Below the pieces are notes generated by a model that made no database searches, had not been told where the DNA came from, and was given only the letters and a program-made list of their open reading frames with translations. Made by a program: the position numbers and the translations under genes. This document shows, piece after piece, positions 13,077 to 23,472 of a stretch of DNA of 64,000 nucleotides. Within the stretch, counting starts at the first letter, position 1. Each line of letters starts with the position of its first letter. Source of the DNA: Octopus bimaculoides (Eukaryota); assembly GCF_001194135.2 (NCBI RefSeq), contig NC_068995.1:13448081-13512080 (forward strand), written 5' to 3'.

Positions 13077-14111
13077 TCAAGTAGCTTCTCTCTTTTCATC
13101 TTCATCATTTGACATGGAAGAATTCAACAATGCATTTAATTTATTAAAGCATATTTCAGCGACATTAGTTAAATTTGGTTGTAATATATGTAGCCCTTTA
13201 AGAGTAAGAACAATTAGATCGTCCATACCATCACCCATCACATCAGCATGTTCGACAGCAACAACTGGAGAAGCGAAACTACGGTGCCACAACAACTGGT
13301 AACCAGCTTGAGGCTGACCCTTGGAGAATGAAGGTCGAGTGTTAAACATATCTGATATGATATCAACCTCAGGCGAATAGCTGTTAATATTCCAGTTATC
13401 AGGCATGCTAGAATCATCTTTATAGACTGTTTTTGGAGTCGATGTTAAATCTCCAGTTGTGTATTTGTACATTTTCTTACTGCTGACAGAAAAAGAATAA
13501 GCTTTTCTCCTGGAATTCATTGTTTGAAGTTCGTCAAAATTATCAATTGGGCTTGCAGGTTCTTGAGGTGCTATCGTCTGAAACTTGTAAGCTAAAAGTT
13601 CTTGCCCATATGTACCCAACAGCAGTTCATTTTGGCCATCAAAGTCAATATCTACTGCACAGGCACACATAACACAGTCAGATTTGTTACTATCAGGAAG
13701 CAGAAGTTGGTCGGAGAACTCTTTGTCTAGCACATTCTTATAGACAACAGAATGTTCAACTGCACTCACAACAAGCAGGTGATAGTCAGACACATCGCAC
13801 TCAGTATTACTCTCAAGCCCAAGGTGTTCAAGACATGCAGGGACTGCTACTTTGCTTTCTGACGTAAACAGTAGAACTCGTGTTATTGGTCCATCATGAC
13901 AAATTGAAAACTGCTTTAAGATGACTTTAGACAATGGTTCAACTAAAAAGACAATAATTTCACCGTTTTGATGTCCTCTGGCAGTAATTCTTTGTTTATT
14001 CTTGTCAACGTAAACAATGTTGATCCACAGAATACAACTGGTTATTGTCTGGAACTCTGGAAAATACTCCACAACAGAAACTTCCATAAATGAATGTTCA
14101 AGGCTAACATC
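13077..14111 (-). CDS. KPTN: Kaptin exon 2, 344 codons plus stop
   Basis: tttattttt cag|GAT acceptor, phase 0. Kaptin motifs DGPIT, DIDFDGQNELLLGTYGQELLAYK, LLWHRSFASP and DVMGDGMDDLIVLTLKGLHILQ. Confidence 0.9.
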   Translation of the reverse strand, partial: DVSLEHSFMEVSVVEYFPEFQTITSCILWINIVYVDKNKQRITARGHQNGEIIVFLVEPLSKVILKQFSICHDGPITRVLLFTSESKVAVPACLEHLGLESNTECDVSDYHLLVVSAVEHSVVYKNVLDKEFSDQLLLPDSNKSDCVMCACAVDIDFDGQNELLLGTYGQELLAYKFQTIAPQEPASPIDNFDELQTMNSRRKAYSFSVSSKKMYKYTTGDLTSTPKTVYKDDSSMPDNWNINSYSPEVDIISDMFNTRPSFSKGQPQAGYQLLWHRSFASPVVAVEHADVMGDGMDDLIVLTLKGLHILQPNLTNVAEICFNKLNALLNSSMSNDEDEKREAT

Positions 14112-14847
14112 CTGAAAAATAAAAATCAATAAATAGATGGTTAAAAATTGGTTTGATGTTTTTCTTTCTTTCTAAAATGAAAGAATCATGTGGTTGGTTA
14201 GCAAGCTACATACCACACAGCCATTCCTGCAACTTGGCACTCAGTTGGTTATGATAATGAAGGTTCCAGTTGATCTGATCAACATTACAACCTGCTCGTG
14301 AAATTAACTTGTTGTAGAGGGAGATAAACCTCTACATGATTTCTGAACAAACTCTGTATCCACACAGCAATGTCTGTGCAACCATATATAAAATGATCTA
14401 AGAAAAATAACTTAGAATGGCCAGTAGCATGTACTTGAAAAAACAAATAAGAATAAGAAAATCCCCGATGAATAAGTACAGTGAATTCTATGCTTGGCTA
14501 GTGAGGCCATAATAAAACTGGAATATGTACGGAGTTGTTAGCTCCAGCACTTGTTGAGATGTTAAAAATAAACTGCTGTACTAGAAGCCTACTGATATAA
14601 CAATAAAAAAAAAACTAACTTTGATTAATAATTAGAATATAGATGTCTTAACAATGGAACAAAGCCTCACATTTTTATATAAATAATAGAGTAATGTGAT
14701 CTCTCAACTTCTAGTTAGGTTATACTTTGACAAAATGAAAATGGAATGTTATAGTCAAAGATCACCCTAATGCTCGCTACATTAAATATATTAATGCTCA
14801 CATGGTTTCCCTGTGTGAATAGTGCCACATGGTTTTCCTGTGTGAAT

Positions 14848-14899
14848 GCCTGTACTTAGCAGTAGATTGATAAAAATCAATCTACTGCTAAGTACAGGC
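14848..14899. repeat. Perfect 24-bp inverted repeat with a 4-nt loop
   Basis: gcctgtacttagcagtagattgat-aaaa-atcaatctactgctaagtacaggc. Confidence 0.95.
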
Positions 14900-16530
14900 G
14901 TACCTCAACCTACGTCTTTTCGTGTTACGTCTTTTTCGACTTTATTCTTATGCTGAGGCTGGGAGGGGGGAGAATTTTGAAGTTGCGATTTTTTTTTTTT
15001 TTAATTTTCAGAATCGGAATCTCCATAGCTGAAAACGTGAGATGAAAGACATTAAACCTCAATTTCTGTCGATTTATCCGACTTTACATCGATTTCAGCG
15101 AACATGTTTATAAGCATGAAATTTTTAAAAGAATAAAGAGGAAAATCAAATAAAATACAGGCGAAAATATGTACAAACCATTTATTAAAACAGATATGAG
15201 CTAATAAATTATTTCAGAATGTTTGTGTGTGTGTGTGTGTGTGTGTGCGAGTGCGTGCGTGCAACGTAGTCTTTCGTGTTAAGTCGCATGCCTTGGAACA
15301 CGATGTAACCTGAAGTATATCTGCATTTACAAGAAACCCAAATCAAGTCCAATAATTTAAAACAAATACTCATGAACGTGAGAATCTAACTGAAAATCAA
15401 CTTGGTTTTTGTTTAAGAAAACTTATAAATTCTTGTAAGAGTCTTTATGTATATCAAGTATAAAACACAGTAACAAGTTATGAGCGAACGAAGTCTGCTT
15501 GATCGCTCGACATACAAGAAATAACAACCAAATCTCACTCAAACCACTTCCTACTGTTTTAAACAAGGCAGGGTACAAGAGAATGAAGCCCTATAATTCT
15601 TAAGAAGTGCCGATCTAGGTCTTGTAATTATTGCAAAGTGTAAAATGGCATACAAGTTACTGATTCTCTTATCAGTAACCTTGTTTCAAATTAATGAGAC
15701 AACTCAATTAAAGGTTCTCGAACTAAACTGAAAAAATGTGCTAACAATACCCCCACAACACACACATAATATCGGGTTTAAAACACACTAAAATACCATT
15801 TCACTCTTTGCTGTCTGCTACTAAAGCAGAGGAGATAGAATTATTGAAATTGCGAGTTTCTTATTGTTTTGTATTTCTGATTATTAATGATCATTTATTT
15901 CAATTTTAAAAGAATCGTTAACAAACATTTCATCAACTATTGGTTTATATATTTTATAATTAAAATATCTTTAATTTTGCTAATAAAAATAATTATATTC
16001 TTTTTAATTGTATTTTCGTGTTTTTTCTATCTGCTTACTATCAGACAGCAAGTAGTAGTTTGTTGTAGTGGTGGTGGTAAGTCCTGATCCAACAGACATG
16101 TGACAGAGCATTCCAGCCTTGGCCATCGCGTCTTTCTGAATATACTGGGCATTCTTCACTGAAAATTTTCTACAAATATTTTTCAAACAGTGTAGATTAC
16201 GATTATATCGAAATTAATACGAAAAACAAAAAAATGTGGTTGAACACATCACATATAGGCCTATTTACAAAACGAAACTAGAAATTTTGAAAAATTTGTG
16301 ATGTGTGATGTGCACATCTACTTAATTTTTGGTGATCTTTCGGTACATTCTCAACATTAAATTCTGATATAATCGTAACCTACACCATCTGCAAGGGATT
16401 TGTAAAAAATTTCATCAAGATATAAGCCTACCTACTTTCCTGAAAGTTATGAGGAAATAAAATCAGCTAGGGGAAGAAGGGGTACAAATGTGATCGCTGT
16501 CTTTTTTTAACAATAATAATGATTACAAAC

Positions 16531-17052
16531 CTCTCGATATAAGTGAACCTTTTTATCATTTCCACTCAATAAGAATACAGTTTCCTTCGAATTTTTCGTA
16601 ATTAATTGGGTGTGCGTGAGCTGATATGGTATAAATTCCAACTTCAAATACTGACATATAGGTGTTACTTGATCTGAATTCGGTTTAAGATCCAATTCTT
16701 TTTCCCAAGAAGAATAAATATTCAAAAACTGACAGGTTTTGTTTTCATTTTCTTCTAATTTCAGGAAAGCAATTCCAATTATAAGTTCGTCATCATGAAA
16801 TACCTTACGAAAAGCGTCGATAGCTACAAGTTCGGCATCACCAGGGATATATGTAAATTGGATTTCTCTGGAGGACGGCCGTAATTTGTCTGAATGTTTG
16901 TGGTACTCCACGCTCATCACTTTGCCATTCATACATCCTGTCAGTAATTTTGTAGTGCCATCGGCTTTAGAGAACGTTGTTAAACCATAGACATTGCTTT
17001 GAGAAGGAAGGCAACTAAAATGAGCATCAATCCATTGCCATCTTCCACCCAT
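16531..17052 (-). CDS. KPTN: Kaptin (KICSTOR subunit) exon 1, 174 codons
   Basis: First in-frame ATG at 17052 (in-frame stop upstream at 17128-17130). Kaptin-like motifs SQSNVYGL, EIQFTYIPGDAELVAIDAF, FLNIY, FIPYQLTH and FLLSGNDKKVHLYRE. Donor GAG|gtttgt, phase 0. Confidence 0.9.
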
Positions 17053-17097
17053 TGTGTTGTTGTTATTATTACTACTGGACTGAGTTATCTTCTCTTT

Positions 17098-17128
17098 ACC
17101 GGAACTCAATCGTTCTTTCTTTTCCGGT
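17098..17128. promoter_or_regulatory. KPTN/RPL12 bidirectional core promoter: TCT initiator/5'TOP tract flanked by inverted ACCGGAA ETS-like sites
   Basis: TTC(17115)TTTCTTTTCC fits YYC+1TTTYY. ACCGGAA at 17098-17104 and its reverse complement TTCCGGT at 17122-17128. No plus-strand ATG between 17115 and 17239. Confidence 0.65.
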
Positions 17129-17238
17129 TAGCCATTTACTGTCTTTGGTGCACCGAATTTTTGGTCGTGCTAATCTTAGCTCATCCAACACCATAGTCAC
17201 AAAATAGGATTTTATAAAACATCTAAAACACATCCAAT

Positions 17239-17275
17239 ATGCCACCTAAATTCGATCCGAGTGCCGTTCATATCG
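17239..17275 (+). CDS. RPL12: 60S ribosomal protein L12 (uL11) exon 1 (MPPKFDPSAVHI)
   Basis: ATG CCA CCT AAA TTC GAT CCG; 37 coding nt; G|gtaagc donor. Confidence 0.95.
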
Positions 17276-17544
17276 GTAAGCCACTATGTTTTTTGTTTGA
17301 ATACTTTTTTTTGAAACAGCATGTGTTTCTTACATATCTGTGCTGGAGTCATACGATATTATAAATGTTTATCATTGTGAACTATTAATTACTTTGCTAT
17401 TGATCCTTTATTTATACGAATAACTGTTATATATATATATATGTATTCATATTTGTGTTTTAAAAATGTAATCTATTTCTGTTTTTAACATATTGAACAT
17501 AGTGAGCCATAACACGATATTACCCAATTTTTATATGTAAATGA

Positions 17545-17680
17545 ATCTCCGTCGGTTTCGACGGTGAGTACCCTAATTATTCCAACAGCCGAACGGCGTA
17601 TACGAGATCGAGTATTCCATACAAAAACGTACCCTAAACGTTAATTCTCGAAGGGAATTGCTCTGAATTGCAGGCGCAGT
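17545..17680 (-). mobile_element. Old, internally deleted SINE family C remnant in RPL12 intron 1
   Basis: Aligns by eye to the reverse 3' part of 31520-31884. Confidence 0.55.
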
Positions 17681-18424
17681 CTGTGCCCCGAGCTCCCTTC
17701 TGGTTACTATTCAATTTTGGTCGTTGAATATGTACATTAACAACGGCATATTCCCCGCACAAAACGAAAAGGAGTTACATAAAAACATCCTAGAAACTCC
17801 AAATGTCTACAAGAATTATAAATTAGTATGGTCAATGTTAATTAGTTTTTGTCATCACTGGCTCCTTCATTGGTTCTTCCCTGGATGTCTACAATAATTC
17901 TAAGGTGTACCGTTTTATGTTTATAAAATATTACAAATATACTCACGAGGTTTGGCTGTATTGACTAGAAATTATGGTTAGGTATTTGGCCCGAGATGCC
18001 ACGCAATACAATTGAGTCTAAAGACATCATGATGGGCAGCGAACTTAATTTCGCCACAATTTTTGTAAACCTTTCCCTTTGTAACACTTGCAAAAGTTGT
18101 TCGTGTGGGTTACTCTAGCATGATTTGTATGATAAAAAAATATCATAGAAAGGAAAGTGTTGTTTCCTCGTGGTATAAAATCCAACATGTGTAATATGGT
18201 CTGAAGGTAAATGAGACATAATTACAGATTGGTGCACCTCCCGATTTCCTTTTCTTCATAACTTTGTAGAAAAGTCTGTTTGATTTATAATGTAATTTAC
18301 ATTCTAGCAAACAATTCTGTAGAATGTCATTGAAAAATTGGCATTTTCAAAAGAGTTATGAGGAAAGAAATTCGATAAATGTCGGACAATCATCCGTTAT
18401 TTTTTTTTTTAATTCTTATCAACA

Positions 18425-18750
18425 TATGCGCAGGTGTAGCTGTGTGATAAGAAGTTTCCCAACCACATTCTAGGTTCAGTCCCACTGCGTTGCACCTTGG
18501 ACCGCCCAAAGCCTTCTGAGTGGTTTTGGTAAACGGAAACCGAAAGAGGCCCGCCGTGTATTATGTCTGTCTGTTTGTCTCTACTACAGCTGGACTACCA
18601 TTGATGGTGTGTTTACGCCGCCCCCCCGTAACATAACGGTTCGACAAAACGGCACGATAGATAAGTACCGAACTTTAAAAAAGTACTGTGATCGATTTGT
18701 TCGTGGCCGTGTACCAGCATGGCCATAATCGAATGACTAAAACAAGTTAG
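18425..18750 (+). mobile_element. SINE family A in RPL12 intron 1
   Basis: Head, body and tail recognisable. Confidence 0.75.
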
Positions 18751-21016
18751 AGATAATCGAAATCATCATTTTTTTTTTTTTTCTCTAAGTTATGAAGAAA
18801 GGAAGTCGTTGATGGGGAATATCAATCTAGTTATGTCTAAAAATCTTATCAAAATCTATCGCTGCCGTTTGATTTGCATGTTCGCAATGTAAATTGTAAA
18901 TAATAAACATAATGTATGTGTAAGCTTGAACGATGTAAGTTTCTTGATATCATTCCGAACGTCGCTCGAAAGATGAGGCATATTCGAAAAGTCTGCAATG
19001 TTCGTTTTCGGGAACTTGTTTAATATGGGATACTTTTAGGGGGCTAATGCAGTTTCAGTCCCACTTTTAGTTTGAATCTCCTTGTACCTAACATTGATAA
19101 ATAAGGAAAATAGGCACTGTCATGCTATTAGCGCCCAAGGTGCCACACAGTGGGACTGAACCCGGAACCATGTGGTTGGTAAGCAAGCTACTTACCACAG
19201 AGCCACTACCTGGATCATGGTCGCTCGTGCGTAACTATCGGATTAGATTATTATGGAATTTTATCCTTTTCAGTAAAGTAACTTTTTTTCAATACCTTTT
19301 GGTTAATGTTTACAATATTACCCGGAATAAAAAATTAAAAAATGGTGCAACGAGTGTTTAAAGATGTATAGGAAACGAATATGAAAACAAGAACGCGCGG
19401 AAAGTAATGGGGATGGGGAGAAGAATTCGGAAAATTCACAAGATCCGAGTTTTTTTTCTTCATATCTTTTAGGTAAATTGGTGGGGAGGTGAAATTTTAT
19501 ATAAATACCCCTTTTTTGCAATGACCCGAGGTAAAATAATGGAAAATGGCCTATTAAACAAAATTATGGACAGATGTTATCACCAGTGCCACGATAAAAT
19601 AAATCATATGGTAACATCTTGTCTGTGACAAGAGATTGACTAGATATTTTGGCCCAAGATGCCACGCAATACAATCGAGTCTTAACACTCATGTTTTCCA
19701 TAAAGTATTTCATGGTGACGAACTTAGAATTGCTTTCCTGAAATTAGAAGAAAATAAAAACAAAACCCATCAGTTTTTTTAATATTTGAGGGAAAATAAT
19801 GGGATATTAAGCAGAATTAAGAGGGCACTTTTAAAAATGCACTGTCGAAGGGCCGTAACTCTGAAAGTAGGCGAATACATATCTATAAACTTGGATTAAT
19901 TGATCGATAGTCATAAACGTCCGTGTATATTCTAAGTTGGAAAGAGTGGTGTCTAATTCAAGACATAGAATTGTAGATATTTTAAAGTTATCTGTTTCAA
20001 GGTAATCTATTTTTTAGATTGTTAATTAGTTCTAGGGCAGCTCTTATCTAAAAGACCTATGACCGAAAGTGTTCCAACATTCAACATTCTTTATATACCT
20101 AGGACTACAAGTTTCCGCGGCTAATGTAGTTTCGCACCTCTCCTTGAAAAATGCATTTTTTTTAATATATTTTTTTTCGGATTCCTACGTTTTAGAAGTC
20201 TGAGATTACGAAAATGCAAAAAAAATGGTTAATATTTCCCCCAGCCCCGTTTAAATTTTTGATTTTGTTTGCTTTAAAGAGATCGTGGCGAATTGACGAA
20301 CATATGCAAACCGAAATTAAATACAGACAAAAACATTAAAGTGAAAAGAATTAGCGTTTTGCTTGTTTGCCTTAAATAAGCGTAAATAATAATTTGATGT
20401 AAATTAAATATACACCTACAAAATTAGAAATATTGCTTTTATAAGTCTCCCAGAGAGGCTTATACAGTAGCAGCACGATAAAGCAAGTATCTTTTACTCT
20501 GGTCCTAGCTCAACCAAACCCTTGAGTGGATTTCATAGACAGGAACTGAAAGAAGCTCATTGTAAATATAAATATGTATATATGTGCTGGTGTCTCCTTG
20601 TCTTGGCAGTCATACTAAAAGGTGTCATTTCTAAACATTTAAATGTTTTCCATGTTGGGATGGGTTGGAAGGTTTTACAGGACGTTAGTCAGTCAGAGCT
20701 GCCCAGCACGGTCTCTACGGTTGGGTGCCCTTGTTTGGAAAAGGGTGAGGAAGAACATTCGACCATAGAAAGTCTACCTCAAACACTAAATTACCCATGC
20801 TGACATGGAAAAGTGGATGTTACAACAATGATGGCCTTGAATTTGCTCTGAAAGAAAAGTATTTAAATAGAATTTAAATATTCTATTATCACCTAATATA
20901 ATATACAAGCATAGTGTGCATGCTTTACTGAGAATCGTGAGGCTTTTATTCAGACATATCCTGAAAATATAGCTGCATTATGATTATTTTTAACTTTTGT
21001 TTTTTTATATTGTCAG

Positions 21017-21090
21017 TTTACATCAGAGCTGTTGGTGGTGAGGTGCCTGGTACCTCTTCGCTGGCTCCCAAAATAGGTCCTTTGGGTTTG
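21017..21090 (+). CDS. RPL12: RPL12 exon 2 (VYIRAVGGEVPGTSSLAPKIGPLGL)
   Basis: tgtcag acceptor and TTG|gtaagt donor; 74 nt; LAPKIGPLGL signature. Confidence 0.97.
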
Positions 21091-22397
21091 GTAAGTTAAT
21101 ATTTCATGTTTTATTTTGGTGTGGGGTGGGTTTGTGAAAACTTTCATTTGTTTCAGTTATTGGCTATGCTGGGGGCTCCACTTTGAAGGGGGTTTTAGTT
21201 TTAAGTCTGGTACTCATTTTATCAGTATCTTTTGCCAAATTACTAAGTTGCATTCTGGTTGTTAAACAGGGGCAAAAGCAGACGACGGGCTTCCACGCAG
21301 TTTCTGTTCACCAAATTCACTCGTAAGGTGTTGAATGGTCTGAAGCATTTTCAAAAGAGTTATGAGGAAACAAATTCGATAGGACAGAATTTTTCTAATT
21401 CTATCATCATATGCACAGGTGTAGCTGTGTGATAAGAAGTTTGTTTCCCAACCACATTGTGGGTTCAGTCCCACTGCATTGCACCTTCAACAAGTGTCTT
21501 GGCTTTGGACTGGCCAAAGCCTTCTGAGTGGTTTTGGTAGATGGAAACTGAAAGAAGCTCGTCGTGCATTATGTGCGTCTGTTTGTCCTCTACTACAGCT
21601 GGACAACCATTGATGGTATGTTTATGCTCCCCATAACATAGAAGATACTTGCCCAAGGTGCTACACAGTGGGACCGGATCTAAACCATGTGATTGCACAG
21701 TGAGCCTCTTAACCCCAGTCATGCTATTAATTGTTTGGTTGAGCAAACTTGAAATTGGACTCTCTTGATATGATTTCAGTATTTGGGTGGAGTGTTACAG
21801 TATTTAGTGGTTATAAAACAATCTAAATGTTTTAATACCTCTTTCAGTTATAAACTGGGGCACTGCCTTGAAGAATTTTTTGCCAAATGAATCAACCCCA
21901 CTTATTCTGTAAGTCTTTTCTGCTGGACTACTAAGTTACAGAGGGCAAGCACAGACACAAAGACACACACCTATAGATATAAAACTGGTTTCAGTCTACC
22001 AATTCCAGTCAGGGTTTTGGTTGACTCAAGGCTATAATAAGAGACACTTGCCCAAGGTGCCACATAGTGGGACCGAACCTGGAATAGTATGATTGGGAAG
22101 CAAGCTTTTTACTTCACAGTCACGCATGTGCCTATACATATTTCAAACACAAGAGAAAGAGTGTGTATTTTTTAACATTAAATTGCCTTTTCCTGACGAG
22201 ATTTTATTACAAGTGAAGTATCTATATAAAGTGCAATATTTTTCAATCATTTTGCAACAAGTATTTTATACCCTGGTTAGTCATTTAGTGTTGTAATGGT
22301 TGAGAAAAGTCCGATAGATTTTGCAATTCAACACAAATTTGTTGTGGTTCATTTATTGGGTTAGTGTTTATATAATTTTGTTCTCTCTCTATTTCAG

Positions 22398-22578
22398 TCT
22401 CCCAAGAAAGTTGGTGATGATATTGCCAAAGGTACAGCAGACTGTAAAGGACTGAAAATCACTGTAAAATTAACAATCCAGAATCGTCAAGCTGCAGTAT
22501 CTATTGTACCTAGTGCTGCATCACTTATAATCAAAGCTCTCAAAGAGCCACCTAGGGACCGTAAGAAAGTAAAACATG
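22398..22578 (+). CDS. RPL12: RPL12 exon 3 ([11 protein letters not shown]...[12 protein letters not shown])
   Basis: tttcag acceptor and G|gtgagt donor; 181 nt. Confidence 0.97.
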
Positions 22579-23364
22579 GTGAGTAGTCCTTTATATTTTT
22601 TTTTTCTTCCTCTTTGTGCATATCTTTTGAAATTTGAATCATTCTTCATTATCAAAGTGCTCGACTGACTAGATCATAAGTGTGTTGGGAAAAATTCCTT
22701 GCACTACTTAGTTATGGTCTCTTATATTCTTAGTTCAAATCCAACCAAATTCATCTTTCATTCTTCCTAGATCAGTGTTATCAACTGCATGTGTTGAGCT
22801 GACCGGTTGTTTTGTAATGTGCAATTAGCAAACAATGTACATGTTTGGAGGCCTATGATCACTGCATCTTTCTGTGTGCAGAACAAGTGCTCTTTGGCAT
22901 CATGGCTACCAGGAGAAAGAAAAGATTGTTGATTTTATTGTCATTGTTTTAATGCCCACTTTTCCATGCTTGTATGGTTTAGTTAGACATAGTCTTAAAG
23001 CAGGTTTTCTGTGGTCAAATGCCTTAACAAGCTAATGTTTCCCCATGACCAGATATGTTTCGGAGAGTATTGGAAATGAATGATATCTATTTACAAGTCA
23101 TGAGATATTGAAGCTAGGAGACATACACACACAGGCATGCATGGTGGACTACATTTAATTTCCCTCTACCAAATCCACTCAAGGCTTTAGTCAGCTATGT
23201 CATAGTAAATACTGGCCACTGTCACAGTTGGTAAAGATAGATTCGGCTGCTACATCTAATAGTTTGAGATGTTGGAGTGTGTATGTGTGTGCTGCCTCAT
23301 TATTATATATCTTGTATTCTTCTATATAAATGATTCTGAATGTATTTCTCCACTTTTCTTTCAG

Positions 23365-23472
23365 TTAAACACAATGGAAACCTGTCATTTGATGATATTT
23401 TGGGCGTTGCTAGAGTAATGAGAGAGCGAAGCATGTCTAAAACTCTTGCTGGGACATGTAAAGAGATTTTGG
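23365..23472 (+). CDS. RPL12: RPL12 exon 4 ([12 protein letters not shown]...TCKEILG)
   Basis: ctttcag acceptor and G|gtttgt donor; 108 nt. Confidence 0.95.

Noticed and set aside
17052-17109. N-terminal extension MSSGKEK...NNNNNT of KPTN in the ORF track
   Set aside because: Starts at TTG and includes microsatellite-derived poly-N; homology begins after the ATG at 17052.
17650-17700. GC-rich long hairpin in RPL12 intron 1
   Set aside because: Largely overlaps a decayed SINE C remnant; no H/ACA or C/D boxes in the right places.
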